Assembly: GCA_951406725.2 (NCBI GenBank)
Contig: OX597824.1
Coordinates: forward strand, 93,558,001 to 93,622,000
Reading direction: 5' to 3'
DNA length: 64,000 nt
DNA from: Octopus vulgaris
Lineage: Eukaryota
In this document: piece after piece, positions 1 to 14,500 of the stretch
Layout: every line of letters starts with the position of its first letter
Numbering within the stretch: the stretch's first letter is position 1
Notes under the pieces: generated by a model
What the model was told of the DNA's origin: nothing
Databases searched by the model: none
Seen by the model: the letters and a program-made list of their open reading frames with translations, nothing else
Position numbers and translations under genes: made by a program

Positions 1-76
<76 letters not shown>

Positions 77-419
77 GTGGATAATTGTGCATCTGTAAGT
101 TGAATGCGTGAGAGTTTACGGGTGTCTCATCTCATAGAAAGTAAGTTAATGAGTATCTATATATATACACGCACTCATCATACACGTATTTTATGTGTAC
201 TAATATGTATTGTGTGTGTATGTGTGTGTTTGCGTGTGTATCACTATTTATAAATTTGAAAACATTCTTTAATTTTATTATATAAAGTGAATATATAATT
301 TATCATATGTATTTATGTATGTAGACATATACGCTAGCTTTTCTGTTTGTTCTATTTATGTACGTATATATACATACATAAATATATATATACCTATATA
401 CATACATATATATTGTATG

Positions 420-451
<32 letters not shown>

Positions 452-568
452 TATACAAATATATATATATGTATTTATATGCATATAAATATATATACAC
501 ACACACACACATATATATACGTATAATCATACATACATTGAGAGATGTTTGGATATTTAGCTATCTCA

Positions 569-621
<53 letters not shown>

Positions 622-692
622 TATATGCAACATTTTTCTGAGTGTATATACATATACATATATATATATGTGTGTGTGTGTTTTTATATTTA

Positions 693-726
<34 letters not shown>

Positions 727-1431
727 CATGTTTCTGAATGTTTTCTACTGTCACGTGTCTGCATTTGCTTGAAACTCGTTAGCGTCGTACATTAAAGAGT
801 CGCATAATAGAGACAAATAAGATGTAACGAATGGGAAATTATGTGTTTCTTCGCTCTACAATCCTCGACAATATTCCATCTACGTACCTTTACTTTCACT
901 ATTAATCGATACATCACAGTACATTATTGCAGACGCTAGTACATACATACATAACGTTAAGCAGCATTTCGTTATATGACTCTATACGACTTCAAATGTG
1001 CGTGCTTATTTGATAATTACTATATCCATTTATTAATTTCCATGTATATAAATCCAAGCGATGCAACTAATGTCCTATTCACATCTATTTCATATTGTCT
1101 AGGGTAATTATAAACCTTACGTATTGTTACAAAAGCAAGAGTTTTATGTTGTTAAATGAAGAGTAAATCATTATAAATTTAGTTTACAGTCGAGGTTGGT
1201 GCGTCTGTCATGGAAATCTGCCTCTCTCTGTTTTATCTCGCTTATAGCGTCTTTACTTCTCTCGTTTTGTTCAAACTGTCTTTTCTTACGGCGTATTAAA
1301 GTATTAATGAAATAGAATATATATATATATATATATATAATATAATGATATTTATATATATATGTGTATAAATATATATATATACATATATATATATACA
1401 TAAATATCTACATATATTTACGTATATATAA

Positions 1432-1511
<80 letters not shown>

Positions 1512-1513
<2 letters not shown>

Positions 1514-1764
1514 AGGCGCAATGGCCCAGTGGTTAGGGCAGCGGACTCGCGGTCGTAGGATCGCGGTTTCGAATTCCAGGCCGGGCGTTGTGAGTGTTTA
1601 TTGAGCGTAAACACCTAAAACCTCCACAAGGCTCCGGCAGGGTGCGGTGATCCCTGCTGTACTCTTTCTCCCACTCCTTCTTCTGTTGGCCTACTCGCTT
1701 AGCCAGCGAACGCATTGTGACCAGCGATGTGTAACAACATCTGATGGTCTGGTCGGTCACGTGA
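1512..1764 (+). mobile_element. tRNA-derived SINE family A (head GGAGGCGCAATGGCCCAGTGGTTAGGGCAGCGGACTCGCGG), tail type 1
   Basis: Pol III A-box (TGGCCCAGTGG) and B-box-like (GGTTTCGAATTCC) head; the same head recurs at 21137, 37019, 63062 and on the minus strand near 30590. Confidence 0.85.
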
Positions 1765-1798
1765 GTATATATATATATAATACGTATATATAAATATA

Positions 1799-1833
<35 letters not shown>

Positions 1834-1868
1834 CGTATATATAATATATATACATATATATATATGTA

Positions 1869-2005
<137 letters not shown>

Positions 2006-2172
2006 GATAAACCCCTTACCCCCGGATATGTCTCTGTAAACAATAACTCTCTACTTGAGTGGGCCATAGTGCCCAAATTCTGACTTGAAAGACTTCACCA
2101 GGTGGTGCTATTAAGTTAGACATGGCCTGGGCCAATAATGGCCGAAACCTATCAAAGTATCAAAGTATCAAA

Positions 2173-2299
<127 letters not shown>

Positions 2300-2311
2300 C
2301 ATTTTGAATTT

Positions 2312-2358
<47 letters not shown>

Positions 2359-2438
2359 TCCCGGGTTGAGTCGGGGTTAACCACAGTCAATAAGGTACTC
2401 AATACATAGCAGAGTAAATTAATTTATTTTATAGAAGG

Positions 2439-2489
2439 AGTTTCTACAGGACTAGAACTGTTTCATTCAAAAGAAATCATCAGGAAGCT
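2439..2489 (-). ncRNA. Minus-strand copy of the same hammerhead motif (other hairpin arm)
   Basis: Mirror of 2575-2625; the single arm mismatch disrupts stem I (GAAACU instead of GAAGCU). Confidence 0.55.
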
Positions 2490-2574
2490 AGTAGACAAGA
2501 GTTGTTTTGGCATTTATACATTTATACATTATACCTGCCTAAATGTATAAATGCCAAAACAACTCTTGTCTACT

Positions 2575-2625
2575 AGCTTCCTGATGATTTCTTTTGAATG
2601 AAACAGTTCTAGTCCTGTAGAAGCT
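2575..2625 (+). ncRNA. Type-I hammerhead ribozyme motif
   Basis: AGCUUC-CUGAUGA-UUUC UUUU GAAU-GAAA-CAG UUCUAGUC CUG-UA-GAAGCU: 6-bp stem I, intact core, stem III, GUA triplet; stem II is weak. Confidence 0.7.
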
Positions 2626-2636
2626 CCTTCTATAAA

Positions 2637-2716
<80 letters not shown>

Positions 2717-2719
2717 CAA

Positions 2720-2876
2720 CGCAGTCATTTGACTGCGGCCATGCTGGAACACTGTCTTTAGTCGAGCAAATCGACCCCAGAACTTATTCGTTGTAAGCCT
2801 AGTACTTATTCTATCGGTCTCTTTTGCGAAACGACTAAGTTGCGGGGACATAAACACACCAGCATCGGTTGTCAAA
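2720..2876 (-). mobile_element. SINE family B, 3' half
   Basis: CAGTCATTTGACTGCGGCCATGCTGG...AGTACTTATTCTATCGGTCTCTTTTGC matches copies at 9875, 10945 and 59720. Confidence 0.85.
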
Positions 2877-3349
2877 GAAACTGCGCTAGTCTTAGAGAAA
2901 CACTTGAATTAGTGCCACATTAATAATAGCAAACCCCCCAAAATAAAACCCTTATAAAAACGTGCTGAATTATGTACCTTAAGATATACTTATCCCGAAT
3001 ATATCATTGAGACTTCTATATAATAGCAGCGTATGTATTGCATCTCTTTGGTCAAATGTCGCATTCTTAACTCTTATTTGGCATGGAATAAGTATGAACA
3101 TTACAACGCTTGTATTGATTATTATGTAATATTATCCTATATAAATGTCACTGTACCATCTTTCTAACTACGCTATGTTTGTTCATATAAACGCTCTTTA
3201 CTGTACAAACACATACATATACTGAATTGCATACATATATGTATGTACACGCGCACATAAATATCTAAATGTTTATATATTATGTAGATATGTTTGTATC
3301 TGGATGCGTAAATACATTTGTATATAAGTATATATTTCTATATAAGTAT

Positions 3350-3381
<32 letters not shown>

Positions 3382-3479
3382 GTATGTATGCATGCATGTA
3401 TACATAAATATATATTTCATATATGTATATATACATATATATACATATATACGTATATATACACATATGTATATATATG

Positions 3480-3616
<137 letters not shown>

Positions 3617-4521
3617 ATATGTGTCTGCGCGTGCGTATTTGTGTGTGCTTGTGTAATTATATATCGATCTTCAGAAGAGATTATATTAAGCCAAATATTG
3701 TTAAATGTTACGCAATCGAAACGAAGCAATTTGAAACGACAAAAAGCGAAGGAGAAATGACACAGAGTACACTTTACAAGACGGATGTCATGATAACAGC
3801 TTTCTCGGTGGTTCTAATGTCGAAACAACTGAATGCCAATCTAGTGTAAATAAAGCAGTTACGTAAAGAGCAAGAATCGAAATATTGTACGTCGAAATGT
3901 CGATGACTACCAGCGAATACGGAGGCGGCTGGAGAGGGAGAATGACACTTTATCTACAAGCTGCCTAATAAGAATTAGCGTGAAATGTCACAGCTTTTTA
4001 GTAGTTGGTTCTCCACGTTGGATAACTCGGTGGTGATTAGGTGACTTATTGCTGTTTGGTTGGTGGTGGCGAAACGAGGAAAATATAATAGATAGAGAAA
4101 ATTGCTTATCGTAATGAATAGCCTACTTCATAAAACAAATATCCTCCTTCTGAACAGCCAATTAGAATTGCCTTAATATGAATACTGTTGTGTCTGAGCA
4201 GTAAAAATTTACGTCGGTTTAACAGATCAAACGGAGATGATATCGTAACTCGTTCATACTTGGAAATCGGTTTTGTTTGATCATGTTCTGATAGGGCCCT
4301 TCATAAAAGAAATATGTTCCTGAGAGTCAGGTCAGAGAGTTCACAGCCATTGGAACGATGACATTAAATTCGGTCGACATAGTTGATGATAAGGAGTTGT
4401 TACGGAATATTTACTGTTTAATGATAGCCCACACTTTACACGGCTATCAGACCACTTTATTGTGTAGACACAAAATCAGATATATGCATATGTATATATG
4501 TGTGTGTGTATGTGTATATAG

Positions 4522-4716
4522 GGGGAGAATTCACAAAAAAAACAAACAAACGACGGAGACAGGTGGTGTAGACAACAGACAGATGTATTAGTTTAATGCT
4601 CGGGAAGTGAAAAGGTTTCTAACGTTTCGAGCCTATGCTCTTCCACAAAAACGAACACAGAAAGAAACAAGGAGAGAAAATAAAGAATATTTAGTGGCTA
4701 GCGATTTATCATGGCG
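4522..4716 (-). mobile_element. Penelope-like pLTR fragment with atypical hammerhead-like motif (same family as 55733-55912)
   Basis: Reverse complement aligns with 55733-55912; contains GAA-GAGC ATAG GCTC-GAAACGTT on the minus strand. Confidence 0.55.
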
Positions 4717-4931
4717 AATGCTGGACATTAGGGTTACACAGGAGAGCTAGGAAGAAGGGGTGATAATAAAGTACTGGTGATCCTAAAATATAGGTGCGCG
4801 TGTGTGTATGTATGTGCAGGTGAGAAGCTGTGGGGCTGGGAAGTGGTTGGTGCTAGTGTATGCGTGGTGGTGTAGTATGATGTGATGTGTTGTGTGGTAT
4901 AGTTGCATATGATGTAATGGTGTGGTGTGAT

Positions 4932-4987
<56 letters not shown>

Positions 4988-5158
4988 CATATGAATACAT
5001 ATTTTGATGGCTAACGGGAGAAGGAGGTAATCCCCTACCGTTTACCCTCATAGCTGATCGATGGCAGCATAACCGGAAGTCGATAGCCTTTAGGAAAAGG
5101 AGATAATCCAGACTTTTCTGCTCCATATTTTAAAGATGCCATAGGCCAATATATTTTC

Positions 5159-5217
5159 GGGTCTGAAGAAACGTCATAAGGTTGAAGCCTTTATGAATAG
5201 GAAACCCGGGCTAACCC
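5159..5217 (+). ncRNA. Degenerate type-I hammerhead motif
   Basis: GGGU-CUGAAGA-...CAUAAGG UUGAAG CCUUUAUG...-GAAA-CCCGGG-CUA-ACCC; stem I GGGU/ACCC, palindromic stem III; lies in a ~250-bp unique segment between (TA)n tracts. Confidence 0.5.
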
Positions 5218-5250
5218 CATAAACCAGCCTTGACAAGGAATATTTATATG

Positions 5251-5306
<56 letters not shown>

Positions 5307-6903
5307 ATTAATGCTTATCCTTCATCCTATCCCAGATAGGTGTCCTCAGCTTCTTGCCTGTCAACTTCACGAGTAGCCAGTTCATTCGTTCATATCACGT
5401 GGAACGCTTGTCGTTGCAACCGTCGGAATGCCAGGCCAATACTTGCGGGTCTTAATCGCTAACATTTCCATATTTAAGATGGACACCACTTCTAATTTAC
5501 AATGTGATTCCAGATCTTGAATCAAATTCACTGTCGTCACTACCACGAGCAGCAAATGCTGTTGAAATATAGAAATTCTTGTTAGGAATATGAAATAAAC
5601 AATTCCAAGGTCAGGAATAATCTTATACGTTGGATATTAATAGCAATAACGATTGTTGCCGCAGTAATAATTGTATTGAAGGAAACAGACTTTTTCTATC
5701 AGAAGCGTAGTCAATCATATCCTCACCAGTTATTAGCTGCTATTGTATTTCACCATGCCAAGTTTTAAATACAGAACTAAAGGAGTTGTGACTAGATAAC
5801 GCACATCAGTTTGTCCAATATTCTAGCAATTCTTCCCAAGACGTGCCAGTATCATAGCTATGGAATTGGATTAGATGTTCACGTTTTGTTACGAAGGGTA
5901 TGATCATACAAGCGAGCTAGCTTAACTGAGATCTCAAGTTATCAAATTCGGAGACAAAACAGGTAATTTGACATTGGCGGTATCTGAAAGGAAAACAGTG
6001 AAAAAAATATAAATTAGACTGTTTTTTCTGTTTTAAAAATAGTTTTCCAATCCAACACAGTTAATGAAAATAATATTACCGCTCAATTTCGTGTTAATTT
6101 TCATGAAAACAAATCGATTATAAATTAACTAGTCTACCCACGAATATTAAACCAATTGCGTATGCTACTAAATATTTAATTAACAATATAAAAACACTGA
6201 AATTATCAATATGGTAAGCTAATACGCAAGATTCGAATAAATGTGTTTGAGTAAAATCAAACTGATATAATCCAATCGAACTTCATTCAGCAAAATGGCG
6301 ACTTTGCATCATTGTAGTACATCAGTACTTATATATTAGACATTTTCTTGTAATTATAACAAAGAAAATATACAAGACACATGTAAGGTAGGGGGCTCAG
6401 AGACCGGGGGAGGCTGAGTGACAGACTGATAGACCGTTTGATTGATTAGATACACCGTTAGATATTGTGTCTTGTCATGTATCATGTCAGCATATATTTA
6501 AATATATATAATAACATTCAAGAATTCTACGCGCTCTAATCTGATTATATTTATAGAAATATGTCAGTATAATTCAAGATAATTCCTCCATCACACACAC
6601 CCACGCATACAGACACACACACCCATGCATACACGCACACACCCACGCATACATACGTACATATACATAATATAAATACACATTCATATGCACATACATA
6701 AGATATATAAACATTAGTGAACACACACACATGTATATATGTGTGTGTGCATGTGCGCGTATATGTGTATTTGTGTGTATATATAGATCATACATATATA
6801 CACCTAGACATAAACACATACATATATAGCATATATACACATACCCATACGTATATATATACATATATAAATGTTTGTATATGTACGTGCACGCGCTTAA
6901 ATA

Positions 6904-7005
<102 letters not shown>

Positions 7006-7526
7006 CGCAACATATACACCTAACGCATATACACACAAACGATAGCCATGATTCGAGGTGTGTGTTAAGTGTATATGTTTCGCTGTGTCTCCATATTTTG
7101 TATATAAACCTATTTCAATATAAGTATATAATGCAAACGTTATTGTTATCATTATTATTATTTTATTTCTCTTCTTTTTTTTTGCAATCAAATTAAAGCA
7201 TAGGTAAACGCACTATTTTTAATTTCAGATAATATACTTCGTTTTTGATTTCCTACCCTTTATTGTTCTTTTCAAATATTCTCTGTTTTTCATAGCTGGA
7301 AGCATTGAAATTTTTTCTACACTCGTTCGAACTATGAAAGCTTGTAAATGTGATTGTATAACGTGATGTCCTTGTCTTGTCTCTTACAATAAATTGCCAC
7401 ACAATATCACCAATTAGCTCTGTAGGTCTCTAACCACTCGTGTATTGCACATGCGGCTGTGTATGTGAATATGCAGACTTGCATTCTTAGGATGTGTAAC
7501 TTGATACACACACAAACACACACACA

Positions 7527-7619
<93 letters not shown>

Positions 7620-7691
7620 GGAAATATGTGCATTTATACTTATACACAAGGCTGCACAAAAACACTGCACCTGTATGCACAAACATACATT

Positions 7692-7735
<44 letters not shown>

Positions 7736-7742
7736 CACACAC

Positions 7743-7807
<65 letters not shown>

Positions 7808-8611
7808 TGTATGTATGTATATATATGTAATTCGTCCATCACACACAGAAACAAGCACACACACACACATTCGCTAGCTTTCTTACAAAGGGGTCTAACA
7901 GTCTTAGCTTATATTTTTGCGGGGATAACCAGATCAAAAGATCTGACGTGTAACTGTCTGAAATGGTTGTGACTCCTGGCACCTCACTGATGAGAGAAAG
8001 CCAAGAACGACTGTCGTTTTTTTCTTTTTTCCTATCCTTCTAATTGTTGTTTCTCTTGTCCGCCTTTGTGTCATCTATCTGTCCGAACGTTTTACCCTAA
8101 TTCCCTCTATTGCGTTTTGTCCCTTTTATATATATGTATATATATATTTATATATACATATATATATTTGTATGTGTTTGTGTCTCTCTTAATGTATACA
8201 TACATACAAATATGTGGATATATGTCCTGTGCGCTCAAGAAGAGTGAGTCGGAGAGTTGAAAATCCTCCATGTAACCTAAAATTTCGTAGATGATTTGTA
8301 TTTAAAACTATAATAGATATCATAAGGCTTTTTCCTGTATCTGTACATAAATGATTATTGTTCTATGCGTCGTTGTATAAATATGTGCAAAAGAAAAAAA
8401 ATTGTCTTGGTTTTTAATCTTGTAATTCAGTATATAAATATTAATGTCATGAACTTCTGAATGGTTTGTAAATCTGAACTGTTTTTTTCTCATTCTGTAT
8501 CTTTGCTGAAAGTTAATTCATCTTAAGTGACTCTAATTATATTTCACTGTCTCTACTTCATCATATCTGTATATAGGATTAACAAGGAAACTATATTTGT
8601 GTGTATGCATA

Positions 8612-8666
<55 letters not shown>

Positions 8667-8802
8667 GTGGCGTGTTTGTGTGCATGTATGTTTGTATGTG
8701 TACGTATATATATTGATGTATGTGTATATATATAACCATACACATATATATATACACATACACACATACATATACATATATATAATTACATGTATAGTAA
8801 TG

Positions 8803-8852
<50 letters not shown>

Positions 8853-8892
8853 TTTACATATACATATATATAATATATATATATATATAATA

Positions 8893-9140
8893 TCTATTTT
8901 AGTGGAAGTTTATGCTGACGAAGGACATGGAATTGATATTTTATTACATTCCTAATCCTGAAACGCGTTCGTAAATAACTGTTAGACTTTTTGTTTTCGT
9001 TCTTCCTACGTTCTGTTTTGCATATGTGAATTACAGGGATATGTCGTAGGTGGAGTCCTATTTGTAGAAAATAGAAATAAACAGTATTTGACTGCTATTT
9101 CTAATTTTTTCGGTATGTGGCTAAGCAACCTGTTTATTTA
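8893..9140 (+). mobile_element. Penelope-like pLTR fragment flanked by (TA)n
   Basis: Contains the hammerhead; 3' part TTTGACTGCTATTTCTAATTTTTTCGGTATGTGGCTAAGCAAC matches 48650-48693. Confidence 0.6.
8909..8975 (+). ncRNA. Minimal type-I hammerhead ribozyme (Penelope type)
   Basis: UUUAUG-CUGACGA-AGGA...UCCU-GAAACGCGU-U-CGUAAA: intact core, stem I, stem II and palindromic ACGCGU stem III. Confidence 0.8.
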
Positions 9141-9147
9141 TATACAA

Positions 9148-9239
<92 letters not shown>

Positions 9240-9270
9240 TGTCTGTGTGTGTGTGTATATATACGTATGT

Positions 9271-9327
<57 letters not shown>

Positions 9328-9874
9328 TAATAATATATTATTATTACTATCAGGAAATCAATATAAAAAAACTCCTCAGAAAGATATTCACTTGTGAAAA
9401 ATAATCGTTGTATTAAAAATATATAAATATGTATAAAAGATATATGTAAATATGTATAATTATAAATATATAATATATATGACGGACAATTCATATACAA
9501 GATATGGACTTGCTCATTCCTCGTCAGTGATCGTCAAAAATGCATTTCAGTGTCACGTCCCAAATGTTGTTCATTTTCGGTGGCGTCAACAGCGAAAATC
9601 TGCAGGGAATTTTCAGTGAAAGTCGGGAACAGTGACGGAAAGGAACCCGTCACCGGTATTGGGTACGAATATATATCTATACAAACGAAATAAGATACAC
9701 ATTATACATACAAAATAACGAGCGTGGGGTTCTGAGACAAGAATTGAACAAGATCTGTATAAGTAAAGCAGCGAAAATGTCGTATGGGTTTGGAAACGAA
9801 ATGGGCAGAGGTGAAATGATAGAATGAAATGTGAAAGAAAAACAGACGATACGAAAACGCAAAACCTCTACCCT

Positions 9875-10067
9875 TTTACCCTTTTACTTGTTTCAGTCAT
9901 TTGACTGCGGCCATGCTGGGGCACCGTCTTTAATCGACCAACTCGAACCCGGGACTTATTCTTTTGTAAGCCCAGTACTTATTCTATCGGTCTCTTTTGC
10001 CGAACCGCTAAGTGACGGGGACATAAACACGCCAGCATCGGTTGTCAAGCAATGCTAGGGGGACAAA

Positions 10068-10100
<33 letters not shown>

Positions 10101-10256
10101 CATATATACGACGGGCTTCTTTAAGTTTCCGTCTACCAAATCCACTCACAAGGCTTTGGTCGGCAGTAGAAGACATTTGCCCAAGGTGCCACGCAGTGGG
10201 ACTGAACCCGGAACCATGTGGTTGGTAAACAAGCTACTTACCACACAGCCACTCCA
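9875..10256 (-). mobile_element. SINE family B, near full length, with internal (TA)n/(TG)n
   Basis: tRNA-like head GGAGTGGCTGTGTGGTAAG...GGTTCAGTCCC, CORE-like segment CACCTTGGGCAAATGTCTT, tail ending GACTGAAACAAGTAAAAG. Confidence 0.9.
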
Positions 10257-10857
10257 GTGGCAGACGAGCATTCTACCACTGAGACTAGGAAATCTAGCAA
10301 AAGAACGAGAGAAGCTTGACTGAACAAACATTCGCAGACACAAGAAGTTGGAAAGATATATGAGAATGGTCACGGGTCAAATGGTAGTGATAAAATTTGT
10401 GTTGGTGGGTAGAGAGACAGAAAGCAATAAATAGGTAAGTTGGTGAGAGAGCGAAAGGGAGAAAAGAAAAGAAAAGAGGAATGAACCATGCTCAAACAAA
10501 CAATTACAGCTGTATAAGGTGATGATATGAAAGACACGTAGCATTAAATTAAATAATAAATTTCGAAAGTTAAACAGCACAACACAAACACGGACGAATA
10601 CAACATTGACACACAAGACATGTACGTGCTCATTTCTCGTCAGTTATCGTCCATAAAATTAACTTACGATTTCACGCCTTTAACGATAATATTGTTCATA
10701 ATTTGGTAGCGTCAACAGCGAAAAGGACATGGAACTATGAGAAAAAGTTGAGGAAAGTGATAAAAACAAGCTCGTCACAGGAACGAACTTACAAGCATAT
10801 ATAAGTACACACACGCGCATACGAATATGTGTATATACATATATATATATACATATA

Positions 10858-10905
<48 letters not shown>

Positions 10906-10944
10906 TATACATAGATATGTATATATTTGTGTGTGTGTATACTA

Positions 10945-11171
10945 TTATTCTTTTATTTGTTTCAGTCATTTGACTGCAGCCATGCTGTAGCACCACCTTT
11001 TAGTCGAACAAATCGACGCCAGAGCTTATTCTTTGTAAGCCTAGTACTTATTCTATCGGGCTCTTTTTGCTGAACCGCGAATTTACGGGGGCGTAAACAC
11101 ACCAGCATCGGCTGTCAAGCGACGTTGGGCGGGGAGACAAACACAGACACACAAACACACACAGACACATA

Positions 11172-11215
<44 letters not shown>

Positions 11216-11368
11216 TATGACGGGCTTCTTTCCGTTTCCGTCTACCAACTCCAACACACAAGGCTTTGATCGGCTCCGGCTCCGGGTTGTAGTAGAAAAC
11301 ACTTGCCCAAGGTGCGACTGAACCATGTGGTTAGTAAGCAAGCTACTTACCACAAAACCACCACTCCG
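10945..11368 (-). mobile_element. SINE family B
   Basis: Same head, body and tail as 9875-10256, more diverged. Confidence 0.85.
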
Positions 11369-11468
11369 TATATATATACATTTATGTATAAATATTAATA
11401 TATTGAAATACATGCATAGAATATTGCGTATATATTATGTAAATATATATTCCGTCAATTTTGATAAA

Positions 11469-11499
<31 letters not shown>

Positions 11500-12635
11500 G
11501 TGTGTATGTGTGTATGTATTTTTCTGTATGTAGATACGGATACACGCATTTGTGCATACATAGATATACGTTCTTACAAATTTGATTTGTTTGCGTTATG
11601 GCATACCGCTCCTCGAACGTTCGAAGCACAGCAAACAAAATTAAGCATCTAATTTAAAATTTTCAGAAAAAAATTTGCAGTTATACAATGCAGAAATATT
11701 GAAATAACTGAAAATATGTAGAAAGTAATTCTTTGAACTTTGTACAGTAATAAAATATTGTGAATAGAATACCATAAATATACGTGTGTGTGTGTATGTG
11801 TGTGTGTGTGTGTGTGTGTTTATATATTATTACTGACATAGAATTCCTACAGACTTGTCTCTTAGTTTGAATATAAATATGTGGTGACTCGTTATGTACC
11901 CCTATTTTTGAATAGAATATTATATTTGAGGCGTTTCAAATGCCGAAGATAAACGGAGCCTGACGAAAGGTCAACAGCAGATCTGTTATGAGTCAAGACA
12001 CGAAAAAACAACCTGTCACTTCACCCCCATCACGTGACACCCACGTAGACGCATCGTGTCTCACACGCATGCGTTCGCAATCTACGATTTGGCTGAGAGG
12101 AAATCTGCGTTAAAAAGCATGGTGGGTCCTGGAATAGTTCTTAAGAATTATGTACGTTAACGCATAGATCTCTCGCAAAATGCATAATACCTCGTATATA
12201 AAATGAATTATTTATACATAAGAATGTCTATATCTAATTACAATATCTAAGAGATAATTAGGTTATAACCTCTAAATATTTTCAGCAGACAATAGAATAT
12301 AGATCCTCGAGAAGCTTATCAAAATGCACATGAATAAATAATATATATATACAACCAAATTTTACACATAAACGCCCGCATATACACACGTTCACACTCA
12401 CACAGACACGCGCGCGCGCGCATTGACTAACATAGAAGTTCAGTTAAAAACGCGCAAGTATGTAAATATATAAATATATGCATTGACTTAACACAAACAA
12501 ACAGGATGAGAAACATAGAGATTTGAATAGACATACATATATATGTGTGTGTATGTGCGTGTGTGTGTGTGTGTGTATTTACATATGTAAAAAGTAACAT
12601 ATATATACGCAGATATACATACGCATATATATCTA

Positions 12636-12666
<31 letters not shown>

Positions 12667-12667
12667 G

Positions 12668-12748
12668 CAGCGTATGCTGCAATTTCTAATATAGTTAGAT
12701 GCATCATATACGAGATACATAAATATATACATACATATATATACATAC

Positions 12749-12806
<58 letters not shown>

Positions 12807-12825
12807 ATATATATATATATGTATA

Positions 12826-12862
<37 letters not shown>

Positions 12863-12922
12863 CGTATGCTGCAATTTCTAATATAATTAGATGTATCATA
12901 TACGAGATACATAAATATATAT
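12668..12922 (+). repeat. Local direct duplication of a ~60-bp unique segment separated by (TA)n
   Basis: AGCGTATGCTGCAATTTCTAATATA...TACGAGATACATAAATATATA at ~12669 and ~12861. Confidence 0.9.
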
Positions 12923-13932
12923 ACACAAACATGTATACACATGTGTGTACGTATTTATATATGTATGTACATTCATATATATATACATATATATATGTAT
13001 ATATAAAAAACATATATACACACACGTTTATATATATATATACATGTATATATAAACAAACATTTATATACACACACATATGTATACACATATACACAAG
13101 CGAAAATATCTGCATATATACTGAGAGATATTTAGGTGTGTGTAAATATGCATATGCTCGTACGCTCGTATATATTTGTATAAGAAAGCATCGAATCAAT
13201 TGATTGTTAATAACACCAACACGAATGACATCCTGACATAGCAATGGAAGACACAAAAATATAGATTACGCTACTTACCCAAATACACATCCGTACATAC
13301 ACTCACACAAAAGACACACACACACACACACACACACAGTGAGAGACAAAGCTCTACATTTAATATGCTTTCTGATTGTAATGTATTGTCATAATAATGA
13401 TACGACAATATTATCTCTAAGATGATATTTGGACGAGTTCATCGCTGGAGATTAGCTGGAAGACATTTTGAAAAATATTCTATAGTTTTTTGACGTTTCA
13501 TTTTTTCTCTCCATATTTCCTTCCATTTATTTCTTCGTCTATAACCTCTTTTTTTTCTTTTTTTTTTGCTTTCATTCTTGTCTTTTTCCTAGTTATGTTT
13601 GACTAAATTCATTCATTTGTCGTTCTATACGTTTATTATCAATATGGCTGAAGGAAAATGCCTCGAGAGAGCGTTCAACATACGTCTTTACTGTAATTTC
13701 TGATGTAGCGATATGTATCGTACATGAGATACAAGCATACACGTACACAAAAACGCATATACACAACTATGTATGTACACGTCTATGTGCTTATGCGTAT
13801 ATATATGTATGTTTATATATATATATATATAGACACGTATATATGATGTATAATGTGCTTGTATAATGTCTAATGCATTTCATATTTATTTTAGTAAGTA
13901 GGTGCTTCAATTGCAACAATATCAACGAGTGC

Positions 13933-13934
13933 TA

Positions 13935-14016
<82 letters not shown>

Positions 14017-14056
14017 TAATAATAATACCAATAATAATAATAATAATAACAACAAC

Positions 14057-14090
<34 letters not shown>

Positions 14091-14150
14091 CTGAGGATGA
14101 TGATGAGGATGAGGAAGATAATGATGATGATGATGATGATGATGATGATA

Positions 14151-14203
<53 letters not shown>

Positions 14204-14401
14204 AATTATTATTATTATGACGACGATGATGACGATGATGATGATGATGATGATGATGATAATAATAATAATAATTAATGACAACAACAAGAGCAATAAT
14301 AATAATAACAGCAATAATAATAATAACAATAATAATAATAATAACAATAATAGTAATAACAATAATAATAATAATAATAATAGTAATAATAAAAATAATA
14401 A

Positions 14402-14468
<67 letters not shown>

Positions 14469-14500
14469 CATCATCATCATCATCATCATAACAACAACAA
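13933..14500. repeat. Compound trinucleotide microsatellite (CTA/ATA/ATG/ACA/CAT)
   Basis: Direct reading; explains the poly-I/M/N/H ORFs in the track. Confidence 0.95.

Larger units (their letters stand above)
2422..2642. repeat. Near-perfect 103-bp inverted repeat with 15-nt loop, in a Penelope-like fragment between (TA)n tracts
   Basis: Arm 2422-2524 is the reverse complement of 2540-2642 with one mismatch; loop TACATTATACCTGCC. Confidence 0.95.

Noticed and set aside
1512-1590. Possible tRNA gene
   Set aside because: No complete cloverleaf or terminator; it continues into a SINE body found in multiple copies
2124-2152. GGCCA ATAA TGGCC GAAAC hammerhead half
   Set aside because: 5' core reduced to CTG and no stem I; at best a deleted remnant
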